A DNA stretch of 63,664 nt, counting the filler, from Dugesia japonica (Eukaryota), in assembly GCA_001938525.1 (NCBI GenBank). It is 6 parts of 6 records of this genome, joined end to end, with 100 filler letters (N's around TTAATTAATTAA, not from the genome) between each part and the next. Parts side by side here need not be neighbours in the genome. Positions count along the whole stretch, not along the records: positions 1 to 11,356 come from MQRL01619497.1; positions 11,457 to 21,254 come from MQRL01645055.1; 4 more parts are not named here. One strand, 5' to 3'. The position numbers and the translations under genes are program-made. The notes beneath the pieces are model-generated. The model did no database searches and was not told the DNA's origin. It saw only the letters and a program-made list of their open reading frames with translations. Positions 1-13,862 of this stretch are shown here, piece by piece; positions within the stretch are counted from its first letter, which is position 1, and each line of letters starts with the position of its first letter.

Positions 1-69
1 AAATTTTACTGAATACTAATGTTTATAAAAATATTATTACTTTAGAAAATGATTTGTTTTGTTTTACAG

Positions 70-161
70 ACTTACTCAAAAAGAAATGTGAGAATTTTCC
101 GGGCTGGCCGATGGATCATTCGTCATTGGGAGGAGAATGGGTATCTCCGGAGGTAATATAA
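70..161 (+). other. Acceptor-led short coding segment (LLKKKCENFPGWPMDHSSLGGEWVSPE), either an internal exon or a terminal mini-ORF
   Basis: Pyrimidine tract ttttacag|, then a GC-richer open frame. It ends either at a GT donor at 153 or at stop TAA 159-161, which is followed by AATAAA. Confidence 0.4.
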
Positions 162-419
162 ATAAAAATGTGATTAACCAATTGCAGTATATGAATTAAA
201 TGAATTATGAATTATTATTGGAATCCAAGAGCCCAATCTCATCGAAAATGACGAGTGATCGCCGATCGTTCGGAGCTCGGGGTAACATTCATTTTTCCTT
301 TAAAATTAAAATAAATTGAATAAATATATTTTGATGTATTAGAATNNNNNNNNNNNNNNNNNNNNNNNNNNNNNNNNNNNNNNNNNNNNNNNNNNNNNNN
401 NNNNNNNNNNNNNNNNNNN

Positions 420-1088
420 CTAAGACGGGATACAGCATAGTCCCGCTGAATCCGGGAAAAGTGAGATCGTGTTGCTAGAGAGAGTAACACAAAAATCTGT
501 GGTTGTTAGGTGTCATCCCCCAGACTGAAAAGATAATCAGAAAGAAAGTGATAATGCATGATAAAGAAANNNNNNNNNNNNNNNNNNNNNNNNNNNNNNN
601 NNNNNNNNNNNNNNNNNNNATACGCCTCAAATTTGATGAAGAAAAACGACGGCTATTTGATTTTGATGATAAGACACTTTTGACTGCCGTAGAAGATTAG
701 GAGTGTTTGACAGTCAATATGCTAGAATAATGATTCCAATGTTCATCATTCTACGATCTTTTATTACTTCAAAACTTGAAAAGGTGTAAAAATAATTTGG
801 ATTGGTCTTTCAGTAACTCTCTGGTAAGAGCAAGGCTGATTGTGTTCGAATTTTTACCGAATTGCTGCAGAGATGTGAAAAAGAACGATTTCTGAAAACC
901 CCAATACTGGAGATGAGTCTTATTATTCAAGAACGTCAAAAGAAGGTTTGTGCATCTGCAAGTCAAACACTGAAGAGAATATTAATAGACATCACTCCAA
1001 GAAGGTAATGTGGTGTATATGGTGCGATAAGAGCGCAATTATCTACTAGAAGAATATCTCAAACGGCATGTGCTTTTAGTGGAAATTA
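420..1088 (+). pseudogene. Decayed ORF of unknown function, probably element-borne
   Basis: Protein-like frame recoverable across several stops and one frameshift (KTGYSIVPLNPGK...IRLKFDEEKRRLFDFDD...YARIMIPMFIILRSF...LSGKSKADCVRIFTELLQRCEKERFLKTPILEMS...). GC is higher than in the flanks. Confidence 0.4.
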
Positions 1089-2411
1089 AAATGATTTATT
1101 AGAAAATCAGAATTATTTTTATGAGAAAATTAAAACAAAAGAAAAGAAGGCTTTTGGTTGTCGAAAAATTTGCAAACAAGAAAATTATGATTGCGAAAAT
1201 TTATTCATGCAGATAATAAAGCAGTAACGCCAATTTAGAATAGTGTAGCTATAATGCTAGCACGTTTAGGATTTATGAGAGTAACCTTCACATGGTTAAG
1301 TTAAAGAATCAGCTGTTGAGTTTCTCGCCCGAAAATCTATGTAAGATGGTAAGCTGATTACGCCGCTCCTGTAAATAAATAGTAGCACACCAAAAAACCT
1401 TCTCCCAGGGGGGAGAAATTTTTTTCAAACCGCCATTTTTATACTTGAAATTTATAAACTACGAAACTAAGTGGAAAATTTTTAAAAACTTTTTTTTTGG
1501 AATTTTCCCTAATGCACATACTTCTTGGCTTTTATCATATTTCACATCATTCAGCAAAATTTTAAAAATATAATAATTTAAAGAAAAGATACATACACAA
1601 TAGCAAATTATATGAACAATATTATTAGAATTCTCCACTATGATTATTAACACTAAAATCAAGTTGTTCCCTGAGTAGTTATTAAAATAAAAATAATAAT
1701 AAACAAATAAACCTAAATAATAATTAAAGAAAGTTATTTTTTATACAAACATTTGTTTTATGTACAGCTGATGAAATCTAAAGAACAGCTATCTTGATTG
1801 AAATTACTAAACAATAAAATTAATTAATTTCAAATAACAAAAAACAATCCGAAAGTCCTTTTGTGAGTGTGTGCATTGATCAAATTTCAAAAAATAAGTT
1901 TTTAAAAATTTAAAATATAAAGTCGGCCTGAAAAGAATTCTTTTCCGGGATGGAGTGAGTTAGTTATCCATTTTTATTCATTTTATTTGAATTATATACT
2001 AATATTATAAAATTATTTGGATATGATATTAATTAATTTCCTTTTATTTTAATCATGGAATAAAATTAATATATTTTCCTTATTTAATACCAAATTAAAA
2101 TATTTTTGTCAATTTTTTTATAAGAGCAATTTCATTTAAAAATTTTTAATCTTTAAATTATTCTTTATTCACTTTGACAAATAAATTACAAAATTTTAAA
2201 GAAATTTTAAATTTAAGTCAAGTATTGAGTAAATTAAATTCAAACGTAATTTATTTCAATTTGAAACTGGTTTGTTTTGTAAATAATTTAGTTTATTTAT
2301 TCCGTTAAATTTAATGAATATGTTTTTATAAAACAGAGATAAAGCAATTTGTAATCGAATTTGTTTAAATATTCGTGTTAGACAAATTGAATAATTGAAT
2401 TTTTATATCAA

Positions 2412-2930
2412 ATGGAAGATTTGTCTTATTATGAAAATTTGCTGGATGAAATTGTAAAAGCTTTGTCAATAGACCCAGATAATGACGAACTAATTGAACA
2501 GAAACAAAATATTGAGGAATTATTAACTTTATCCAAAGAAATTGAAGAACCAATCTGGAAAATAGGTGATGGTTGTCAAGCTCTTTGGCAAGATAATAAT
2601 TATTACAATGGTGTTGTTATTGATACTTTTATTGATGGTACTTGTAAAGTTCAATTTGATAGGCACAATGACAAAATTATTTGCGATTTAAAGTCACTCA
2701 GACCAAAAATGGATGAAGAAAAACTTGGTAATAAAATTCGACAGAGAAAAAGGCAGAAAAATAAAGAAGCCTATATGGAAGGTAGATCGAAAATCAAACA
2801 AGCTAGAACGGAAATGATCAGAGAAGTTGATGAAATGTGTGAGGCTGAGCGAAAAAATTGGAAAAATTTCAAGACTAAAATACATAAGAAAGAAAGGAGG
2901 TTAGCGCAAATGAAAAAAGAAACCAAATAA
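2412..2930 (+). CDS. SMNDC1: Survival motor neuron domain-containing protein 1 / splicing factor SPF30-like Tudor protein, intronless, 172 aa
   Basis: N-terminal LSYYENLLDEIVKALSIDPDNDELIEQKQNIEELLTL matches the SPF30 N-terminal coil. Tudor domain WKIGDGCQALWQDNNYY..GTCKVQF is present, followed by a basic coil and ERKNWKNF. AATAAA lies downstream. Confidence 0.85.
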   Translation: MEDLSYYENLLDEIVKALSIDPDNDELIEQKQNIEELLTLSKEIEEPIWKIGDGCQALWQDNNYYNGVVIDTFIDGTCKVQFDRHNDKIICDLKSLRPKMDEEKLGNKIRQRKRQKNKEAYMEGRSKIKQARTEMIREVDEMCEAERKNWKNFKTKIHKKERRLAQMKKETK

Positions 2931-3291
2931 AATTTTTTATCAATATTTTTACATAATATATTTTGTAATTTTATAAATGAAATTGTGAATAAATATAAGT
3001 ATGTTTATTGGGGTGGGGGGTAAAACTGCATATGACCTCATCGATTAAGTAAATCTTAGGGTTTATCATTTCAGACTTTATTTTATTTCCATTGTCAACT
3101 GTAAAAATTTGCTTACCACAGTTATATGCAGTAATTTCATTATTAATCGCTCCTTATTTTAATATTTTTTAAAACCCATCAGAATAGTTTAAAACTTGAA
3201 CTTTTTGGAAACAAATTTTAATTGGAAAAATTAAATTTTCCTAAATGATTAAATTTTTGTCCATACATTTTTTATAAATGACCAATTAGGC

Positions 3292-3816
3292 CACTTTTTC
3301 TCAACCGGTCGTCCTCTAAAACTATTATACTTTTGTTAACAAACAAAAAAGTATAACTAAACAAGCTGTTGCATTTAATTATTTTTAACATTATTGTGTG
3401 TTTTGTAGTTGGTTTTTATGTAAGTAATTTACAAATAAAATTAATGTTTTTAGTAGCAGAATCAGAACCTCCTGTTCCTGTTGTGTCCTAAAAAAATGTA
3501 TTAACCAAAAAAATGATTCCTAAATTGTAAATTCTAATGCTAAATGCTTCGTCAAATTCTAAAGTATATCTTCTCCCAGGCAAAGAGGTTCCCTTCCAGC
3601 ATGCCTCTATCAAGTAATTAACGTAAAATTCGTTTTCGCAAGTAACATATTTGTCGGTAAAATTTAGAATAATGCCACACTATGTATAACCATCATTTTG
3701 CGTTATAAAGTTTTAGAGTTTACTAATCAGCGGTTCGTTATCGGTTGATAAACATTGCTATAGAGGACTGTTTCTGAACCGGTGGTCCGCGGTGCGTTTT
3801 TTGTTGAGAAACACTG
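3292..3816. mobile_element. hAT-type MITE
   Basis: TIRs cactttttctcaac / gttgagaaacactg; near-identical 8-bp flanks aattaggc / caataggc. Confidence 0.65.
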
Positions 3817-3889
3817 CAATAGGCCATTTTATAAATTTTATTCTATATTATCTAGTTTTATATAAGGATCATGAATTATGGTCCTAGTT

Positions 3890-4620
3890 TTTTCAAAATT
3901 TTTTATTGGTGTACTGATAAAAATCAATGTCAGTAACAACCACTACTATAAGTGGAGATTGATAGGGCAATTTACTATCACTGATGATTTTATACTTTAC
4001 CATTAATTTTATCTGTTTTTCCACACTAGTTTCTAACTTTTCTGTTATTTGATACTGGCTTAGTTTAATTGGTTTGTCTGTCACGAGAACTATCTCATGC
4101 TCTAAGATACTTGTAATTCCAATATCATATTTATGTTTGGTGAAAATATGATCAAGCTTGGTGTAAAAGCATATACATCAAAATATTCCTAGATAATATC
4201 TTACTATTCAAACATGGTGCATCATAGTACTCAATATCTGTATCTCGCTGTTATTACAGTTAATGTTGAGTTTAAATGTTTAGGTATTTTATTATTTAGT
4301 GGATATATGATTCCAATATTTATTACTGGAAAAACTTTCAATAGCTTGATATCCAGATTTCTGTATTTTATAGAAAATCTACCATTCCAAACATTGCTGA
4401 CACCTCAAGTTTGAAGAATACAATATGTCTCCAATAATATTGGGTTGGAGTCCAAAAGAATTTTCCTTAATATTTATGAGTGCTATTTATAATACACTGT
4501 TTCCAATAGATGTGATATCGTGATTTACCGATCGAAGTATGCTAAATTCTCACTATACTCTCCTTTTTGCTTTCTGAGCATTTTCACTTATTTCCCGGTT
4601 GCACAATCAAACACCAGGTC
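3890..4620 (-). mobile_element. Ty3/Gypsy gag-pol remnant (pre-RT region)
   Basis: DIGITSILEHEIVLVTDKPIKLSQYQI...KQIKLMVKYKIISDSKLPYQSPLIVV is the typical Gypsy RT N-terminus. Confidence 0.7.
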
Positions 4621-4879
4621 TTTAGACTTTTTTCGTACGTTCATACCGAATATATAATCTATTGGGCATTTTCGTATAACTTTTATATCGATTAACGATA
4701 TAATGCATATGATGACCAGACAAATCGACACATATTTTTTATAATTTTTTATTATTTTAAATAACTTAATACTTAAATTTTTTGGTTTAATTCTTAATAC
4801 TGAATTTTTTTAGTATAATTTTTAATAATGAATTTCTTTGGTATAATTTTCATTTGTGTCAGAGCTTGATTAGGAAGAT

Positions 4880-5948
4880 AAATAGTGTTGCCAACACTAA
4901 AAAATAATATTTGATTGGATGCCAGCTTAGTAACAAGNGATCAACTGCTTTAAATAAAGATAGCCATCTAGTAGGACTATATCGAACCACTTCACAAAAT
5001 TCTGATTCGTAAAAATCGTAACATTATTTCAAATTTGCTAGTTTTTTGGCTTAATTAGAAAACTCAGCAAACACTTTCAATATAACGTTTTCAATATCAA
5101 AGGATAATAATTTCAAAGCATTTATAGCATAATTATGAATTATATGATCATTGCAATGAGCTACAATAATGGATTTATTTTCTTCATTCACTAGTCTGAA
5201 AAACCGAATTGTTTACTTCGTAATTTACGCTAACGTTATCAGCTCCATATGCATTTACATTGTTCCAAATTAATCCGTTCTCATTTAATACTCGACAGAG
5301 CTGATTTTTAATCGATCTTGAATCTTAGAAAACATCTTCATAGAAATTTAATATTTTAAAACTCAAACCATTCTGTAGCGAATAAAATTGTATGACTACA
5401 TGAAATAACTTAGGATTACTTTTATTCGACGTGTCAGGAGAAATAGAAAATGTTACGTTATTTTTGAAATCTTCTATCACAAGTTCAATTGAAAAGGGGT
5501 ACACAATATTTTGTACAACTGCCGAAGCTTTAGTACGTCCATGTGTAACATTTTTAGCGATTTCAGAATCAAAAAATGCCTGTTTTATAATTTTAATTCT
5601 GCATTTTTTAGCCAAGTATGATAGATGGTGCTTTACACTATGATAGATATGCAATAATTCAGCAATAGCAAATGCATCGTTTTGGGAACTATCTTGCGAT
5701 GAAAATAATGATTTTAATCTTTGAGAAGAAGCTGCAGCAGTTTCAGCTTCAATGTGTTTTTTTAAGTTTGCGTGTTGAGTTAGGGCTTTAATGTCATCAT
5801 ACATAACAGTAAAAGTTATATTACAAAGTTTGCACCTTGCTTTACTGTTTGAGTTTTCATTTCCAACATTTCCTTCGCTGACCCAATTATATATTTTCTT
5901 GCCAATCTGCATTGTAATTGCGCTTCCTTCTTTTTGGTATGGAACCAC
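4880..5948 (-). mobile_element. hAT transposase remnant with BED zinc finger
   Basis: ARCKLC...HANLKKH BED finger; FSISPDTSN; downstream frames YGADN, AHCNDHIIHN, PTRWLSL. Confidence 0.8.
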
Positions 5949-6009
5949 TTTCTATCTCTCTCATCTCTTTACTAGAATTACTTTAAATTAATGCATATTA
6001 GCCGAACCC

Positions 6010-6680
6010 AATCAGAGCACGTAATGTTTTTTTGGTTATTAGCAATATGAGGACGTCCATTGATTGGGAAAGCGTTGTTCTTAGCTTTATGATTAAATTA
6101 ATTTCTAGACAGACACTAAGGGGAACCTTTGACGACATTTTATTAGTAGCTAAATCGGAATCAATATCCCCAGTTCTTATTGTTCAGATCATTTGACTAA
6201 ATAGGAAAATCTGTATAATCGAGGATTTTAAAACAGACATTTGATTTTGAATTTTTATGAAGAAGAATGCTTTCAAGCTTCGCGTTAACTTGTAGATTGA
6301 AACCAAGTCTTTTGTACTTAAAATGATGGTGAGATCGCAGTATTTAACAGGATGCTTAATATGGTTTTTGGATTTTCTCCACCAAAATTTAAGACCACTC
6401 TCAGTGTCCTCTATATTGAGCCAATCCATCATAGTAACTTTGTCAGGATTAAAGATAATATTGAGATCTTTTTGAAAAGCTTTAGACAACCTATAAAGAG
6501 TTCTACTAACCCCATTGGGATGATTACAAGTGAAAGTGTGGAAGGTATGAACTATGGCCTAAATGCCATATTCATATCTAACTGATGTGAGTCCAAGGTC
6601 ATCCATATCTAATGGAGAGTATAGATGAGCAATAGAGGCATTAAAAGGAAGACTGCAAATCCTTTTTATCCTTTTTTCTC
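6010..6680 (-). mobile_element. Non-LTR retrotransposon remnant, RLE clade (R2/NeSL-like), post-RT region
   Basis: ICSLPFNASIAHLYSPLDMDDLGLTS (LP..LY.P..GGLGL motif) and HKAKNNAFPIN (KARLN.LP.N motif); includes ORF 6184-6489. Confidence 0.6.
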
Positions 6681-7893
6681 TTCAAAATCAAGACCTTTGT
6701 TAAAACCTTTGTTTAGGACTTTTTTAGGAATTTTTTTCAAATTTTAGGCTTTTTAGTTGAGAAAAAAGTTTTAAGCTTTTTAAGCAGCAATATTTTTTCA
6801 AGCTTTTTAGTTGAGAAAATATTTTTGTGGGAATTTTTTATAAAATGTGCTGTTGAACAACCTATGTTGTTTAAATAATATGAAATTTTTTTTATGGAAA
6901 TCCATTAAAAATTTTAAAAAAATAATTTTTTCAATTTTTACAACGTATAGATATTTTCATATCAGTCGACTCAGAATTTTACGGCGATCACTTTTGGTTT
7001 TTCCAGTATTTTATACAGAATTTTTTAAAACACTTTCTTAAAATAGATCAAGAAAATGTTTATTAGATGGAGAAATTTTTGCTGATTCCGAATATGTTAA
7101 CGCAAAATTGCCAAAATTAATAATCGATGAAATAAATGAGGTTTTGTGATGAAAAATTCTCTAAATTCAGAGTTTTGCGCTTAGATATCTGTGTACAGAG
7201 AACTGCTATGGACTCAAATTTGGTACTATTTTAACAGGGAGGAAAAAGTAATTGTGGAAAGTTAATATATTGCTTCTTTACGAGTCTGCCATCCCAGATT
7301 TGGTAATATTTTTCGAAAATATAAAAAGTAACTCAAAATTTACTGAAATTAATACTATTCGATAGGAAGTTTTACGATGAGTACGAATAAATCGGTTAAA
7401 AATCAATTAACCTTAATAAATAAATTGAAAAAACAAGAAAATTTAGCTATTGTTATTTAATTTAATTTAATTTAATTTAAATAATTTCAATTAGAATATT
7501 TGAGAACCAATTGTTGAAACTTATCAAAGTATTTAATTAATACACACTGGTTTTAAAACCTATATAAACTGAATCTTTAATTCATTTTTTTCCATATTTC
7601 AAAATGAATATAATATAAACTTTTACCAAAGAAAATTTATCTACAATAGTATTTAAGTGTTGAAAACCAAGAAATTACTTCAAGCATGAGATGTTTTTCT
7701 TTCAGATAACAATCAGTTATACTTTTCAAGTAATATTTTAGCTGCTAATTACTTTATTTATAATTTTTATTTAGAACCTTGTAAAAGTGAAACCTTTTGT
7801 TTACGATTTCTACATATTTTAAATCAGTGGCAATGATCAAAAGACTTTTAATAAACTATTCGCAAGAGTCAAGAAACGCATGAAAATTTAAGA

Positions 7894-9960
7894 TGTAACA
7901 TTTATTAAATTTAAAGAAGATAATGTTCAAGAAAGTAAAACAATGATAACCTTGATTTTAATATTTAAACCCATTATTATTAATAATATTTTCTCACATC
8001 GCCCTTTTTAGAGCCTTTTTAAGTTTTTCCACGTTTCGTATTATTTTCTCTCCATCTTGGCCCTTTAACACATACTGTCTATCATGGATCAGTTCCACCA
8101 CCTAATACGGTCTATCATATCGGTCTTGTCCTTTGTTTCGTGTCTCTTTTCTTACTAACACTTCGTCCCCTATCTGATATTGCCTCTTTGTCTTTATTTC
8201 TTTTCTTTGTTTCCTGACTCTTGCCCGTTCCTCATGTACTCTTCCACCCCTCTCAGCTAATTTGTCGACCGAACAACATTTCCGCTGGACTCTTCTTCGT
8301 CATCTTTTGTTTAGTTGCATTCATTGCCATTTCGATTTCTGGGACTAATGTTGCCTAATCCACTGTTCCCCTCTATCGCATTGCAGCATTCATAGAATAT
8401 CTTACTGTAAGGAACTGCCTTTCAATTTGTATATCATTTTTGTGAGGATATGGGCTTGTCATTCGCCACACGATGGTTATTTTTTCTACAAAGTCTTTCA
8501 TTTCTTGCGCCTCAAATACTCTAGCACAATCTGATCGAATCTCTCTAGGACATCCAAACTTTAAGATTCACTGTTTCCAAATGTTTTCTTGAATTGTGTT
8601 TTCATCCTCTCTTCTCAATGCTTTTAATTTGATATATTTAGTGTCTTGGTATGTACCGTTTATTTCCTTTTGTTATTTTTATCGCTCCACAGATGTTTAC
8701 GAAATTAACCTCGAACGGTTTGTACTTTGCTGACCAGGATGTGACCTCTGTCGTGTCCGTTGTGTTAACTTTTACTTTTTGGCACCACATAATTGTCCGT
8801 ACCAACTTTCTCGTTTTTTTTCTCAATTGGTCTCCCGTGTATCTAGTACATATGTAGTCCTTTGTTTTCTATGCCCCCGTGTGACATAGAAATTTGTGGA
8901 TCTCCCATATTATTTTTTATCCATCTCATTTAGTGTTAGCCAAGTTTTGGTTTTCTCTCCAGTGTCTTTTTCTCTCTAAATATCTCCCATTTTGATCTGT
9001 GCTACATGATTTTTTAACAATTTAGTCTCGGGTTTCTCTGATTTTGCATCTGTGTGCTCCATCTGGCAATGAGTACATCTATCACACTGTAATCTGCTTA
9101 ATGTGTCTGCGTTCCCATATCGTATATCTTTCCTGTATTATAAACTAAATGTTTAGGCTGCTTAAGAAGTTAATTCATGTTTGAAATTGTCCTGTAATTG
9201 TTTTATGTCTTCAGCATAAATGTGATAGCCTTGTGGTCTGTTTTTAGCGTAAATTGTCTCCCATTTAATAATGCTTGAAATGTAAGCGGAAATAATAAAC
9301 CACTAGTAACTCCTTACTCGTTGTACAATATTTCTGTTCGTGTCTGGACATCGCATCTGATCCGTAAACAATTACCTGTTCCACCCCGCGCTCATCTTCC
9401 TTTGATAATACTGCACCGATTGTGTTGAAACTTGCATTCGTATTCAGGATAAATTCTCTCCGCATATCTAAAAGTACCAACACTGGTGCTGTTGTTAGTG
9501 CTGCCTTCAATCCTATGAATATTTGAGATAGTTCTGTGAACCACACCAGCTTTGAATTTCCCAGACCACTGCACAGCTCTTCTAGTTTCCTCGCTTTTAT
9601 TGCATAATCTTTTATGAATAATCTTTTATCTCTCTTTTCATAAAATTACACTTTTCCGGATTAATTTTCAAATTCGCTTCTAAGATCCTGTGCAGGATGT
9701 TTCCTATCGTCTATTAATGATCCTCTTTAGTTTTCGAAAAGATTAATATATCGTCTAGATAAATCATCGTTCTTTTTACCCCTTTCGTCACTTTGCCATG
9801 ATTTCATGGAATTTCTCTGGTGCTGCTGCTATACCAAATGGCATTCTCGTAAAACAGTATTGCTGTTGCTTTGAAGAGAATGCGATTTTTTCCTGTGAAT
9901 CTTCTCCTAGTTCCACTTGATAATATGCATTCCCTAGATCGATTGCGCTAAAATATGTTG
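7894..9960 (-). mobile_element. Ty3/Gypsy element 3' portion: RT, RNase H, integrase, PPT and a short 3' LTR (7894-7998)
   Basis: YFSAIDLGNAYYQV, RMPFGIAAAP, FILNTNASFNTIGAVL, KELL..VYY, FGCPREIRSD. Purine tract aaaaagggcga precedes a TG...CA 105-bp LTR containing AATAAA. Confidence 0.85.
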
Positions 9961-10099
9961 TAACTCTATGATCAAATCAGAAATCTTTTTCTTAATTTAA
10001 AATTAAAATTTTCAACTAAAACATTTCTAACACTTGCGATTTATATTAATTAGTTATTTTCACATTTTTTTTACAATTAACATTTTTACAATTTAACAC

Positions 10100-10680
10100 T
10101 TATGTGGTCATCTAAACAGCAATTTCTCCAACAATTTCTGTAATTGGAGCTTCCACTATTACTCAAAAATGTTCCACTTATAATAAGAAAAATGTAGTTC
10201 ATGCAAAATGAATGCTCATCCCACCAAGCTAAGGTGGTGACAAAATTTTATGGATGTACACTTTCAAAGAAGTTAGATGGGAATAAATGGACCTGTGGAG
10301 TGGCCTCCAAAATCACCAGATCTTAATCTATTAGAGTTTTTTATATAAGGCCACATAAAATCAAAAGCTTATGAAATTGGAAAACCAGAAAATAAAGAGG
10401 AATTGATCGAGAGGATGTTTGCAGCGTTTGAAACATTGAAAACAACAATTGGCAGAAGGAACTATTGAATCGTGTGAAACTTTGTAAGAAAATTGAAGGT
10501 ACCATTGAACAGTTATAAATTCTTTTATGTTGTAAATACAATGTTTGTATTAGTCTTCCTTTGATCCTCAATATCTTGTAAATGGTTGATAATCGAATCC
10601 ATGTTTATAAGACATCTTTTTGCTTATAATGACTCAAGGAAGCTAAAGACAAAGTCATATGCATTCCTCCCCGAATAAAA
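10100..10680 (+). mobile_element. Tc1/mariner transposase C-terminal remnant
   Basis: GPVEWPPKSPDLNLLEFFI*GHIKSKAY, matching the WPPRSPDL.P.DF.LWG.LK motif. Confidence 0.75.
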
Positions 10681-11356
10681 AAGATCTACAATAAATTATG
10701 TTTATTAATTCTTAAACTATTTTTTAACTTTTGCATAAAAATTTAATATTCCTTATTCACACTTTTCATAATTTTTTTCTTTTAATTTTTAAGATTTCCA
10801 ACCAAAGCACAAAAATTTAAAACCGATTTTCGAAACATACTCACAACACTAAATAATTAAAAAAATTAAATCTTATTCTATATTTAAGAAAGTGTTCCTC
10901 CAGAATTATTATTCTTCTGAAGTGCTCCTTGATTTGAAAGGTTTAGGAACCACTGGACTAAACCATGATATATTTAGTGAGTAAAGAATTTTCTGTTAAC
11001 TAGTTTTGTTATTTATTTGGTACAGCTTTAACTAGAATTGAATAAATATCATTTATATATAACACCTACTATTCAGCAATTTCTCGGTTTAGTAAAACAA
11101 CACCACACCTAAGAATTTTACAAATGATTAAGTGCCACAAAACTCAAATGAAAGCTCCCTTAAAAGATAAATTGAATTGAAGTAAATCTCGAATAGGTTA
11201 AGTTAATGGAAAGCTCCATATTCCCATGTTGAATTCCTATTGTATTAAATAGAAATAATATTAAATAGAAATAAATTAAAGTTTAATGAGAAAATGAATA
11301 AGAAAATAATAAGAAATAAAAGAAATATTAATCTATGAAATGATCAGGAAATTATT

Positions 11357-11456
11357 NNNNNNNNNNNNNNNNNNNNNNNNNNNNNNNNNNNNNNNNNNNN
11401 TTAATTAATTAANNNNNNNNNNNNNNNNNNNNNNNNNNNNNNNNNNNNNNNNNNNN
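11357..11456. other. Artificial contig spacer (N44-TTAATTAATTAA-N44)
   Basis: Identical 100-bp construct occurs five times; the 12-mer puts stops in all six frames. Confidence 0.97.
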
Positions 11457-12526
11457 TATGTAATAAACTATGTATATAATAAACCGTTAATTATATGCAG
11501 TTAAAGTAATAGTTTTTTTTCACTTACTGTGTATTATGTGTTGCTAGTCGAACATTATTCCTGCAACAGTGAAAATGATTTAGACTGAAATAGAACTATT
11601 TTAAATTTTAATTTTCAAACCATCTTTTGGTGAAAAAGATGAATAGTANCTCCAATATATATTCTATATGTGAAAATTTTATAGGTAAATTTTTGTTGAT
11701 ATTTTAAATATTTGACATATTAATTATTTTCAGTTGCATTTTTACCCTCAGCCATTTGAAATAAACAAATGAAGCCGAACGAAATGTAATAAATTTAATA
11801 AGATTTTTTAAAACTGGAGTTGATACTTTGTGTTTTCTCTGAGCTTATTTTAAAACCATTAAAAATATATAGAACTAAAACGCTTATTTAATTTGTAGTA
11901 CTATATTGTTTTTGTAATTATTATTATATATTAATTGCTAATGAATTATTATAAAAAATGAAATAAATTTGTTGTATTGAAATAAAATATGAAATAAAGT
12001 TCAATAATTTAATCCTCTGAATTATTCTTTGAAGTATCAAATTTTCGGTATTGAAAACCGAGATACCGCTTTTGGTTCCGTAGAAACCGAAATATCAGTT
12101 TTCAAAATTCCTTTTGGTTCTCTATTAGAGAATATTTGCATTATTCTATTTATTATTTGCATTCTCTATTAGAGAAATACCAGGATACTACAAAACTAAA
12201 AATTTGGAATTACAAAAAAAACGCACTATACGAAAGTTTTCCGCAAATTGTAGTTCATGTTATATCGAAACCACGTTATAAGAGTATCGCGTATAATTAA
12301 TAAAAGAATACGGATGCATATTTGTGAGAATTTTTTGATCTTCGTTTTGTTATTATTAATCATATCTTTTAGTATTTAATAAATCCATACTATTTCCGGT
12401 AAAGTAACATATAAATATATTTATATTAATACCAATTATATTATAAAATCTCAAACTCTAATGTTATTTAAGTTTAACTGTAACTTGAAGTCATAAAACA
12501 AACCCTACTTAATTACACTATTTTAA

Positions 12527-12757
12527 CCCTTAAATGCCCCAAGTTACAAATTTGATACCGGACTTTAAAATCGAATTGTCTACTTGCAATGGGACTGCTT
12601 TTAATATTTGACTGTATGTATGTTACCATTACATATTGCTCTTTTTTTCGAAATAAATATAAAAAAAATTATTCAATTATTTTTCCCTTTATCTGGCTGC
12701 TGCAATAAATACATTGATATTTTTTTAATTTAATTTGGAAAATCAGATTTCTAAGGG
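12527..12757. mobile_element. piggyBac-type MITE
   Basis: TTAA|CCCTTA ... TAAGGG|TTAA termini. Confidence 0.55.
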
Positions 12758-13862
12758 TTAAATGAATTTTTATATCGATCAAAATTCCACTTATCTAATA
12801 AAATTGAAGAATAAAATATCAGATTAATAATGTAAGATAATTTAACAAACTAAATTTAACAAACTAAAAACCAATAATCAAAAATCTAATTAAAATTAAC
12901 AGGTTCTGAGAAATTCAATAAAAATAATTTATTAGTTTTGGAAAGATACAAAGTGACAATGAAAGTGAAAGTAGAAAATAGAAGAATAATACCGTGGATT
13001 ACCAAGATTGCCAAAAACAAATTTGAAAGATCAGAAGTGGTTGCAAAATTTAAAAAAAAATAAAACAACAATTTCGAAAAATATTATATATTATTTGAAT
13101 TATTTATTAATCAAAAGTAATACTAGGCCAATGGTTCCCAACGTTTTCGCGGAACCCTAATTATCAGCCTTTTTCCATCATTAACCGCACAAGCTAAAAA
13201 TTTATGATTATCATAAAATTTTAGCTTGCCACGGGTCAATCTGTCTGGATTTGTAACAAAGTTGTTTATGTGTTAATTATGAAAAATAAGAGAGTTTCGT
13301 AGGTCAAGTTTTTATTTTTTTGTATAGAAAATGAAAAATGTGAAAAGAAAAAAATTCCACCAATAAAAATAAGATTTTACTTCACAAAAGATTTTAATAC
13401 AAAACATTTCGTTCAAAAAACTGAAAAATGTTCACGGAACCCGATAAATGTTTAAAATGTTCTTCACTACAATATAGTTTTTAAAAGATTTAATTTGAAT
13501 TAATTGAATTAATAATTAGCCTAAATTTTATGTTTTATAGTATTTTTAATCGTAATTTTAGAATTATAATTCTTTAAAAGTGATTGCTGTTATTTGAATA
13601 AATTTATAAAAATCAGAATTCAAATTTTTTTAATGATTTTGTTAAAATATTTTTAAAACATTACTTACCAAACATAAAAATTTAAAAATATATTTTTTGA
13701 GATTTTTAAATTTAAAATTTAAATTAAATTAATCAGTTTAAAATTAATCAATTTTTAATTTTAAATTAAAATTCATAATTAAAATAAATCAATAAAATTT
13801 CAATAAAATCTAAAGAATTGTGTAACAAAGATCTATTGTGGTGAATCTATCAAGAAGTCACC

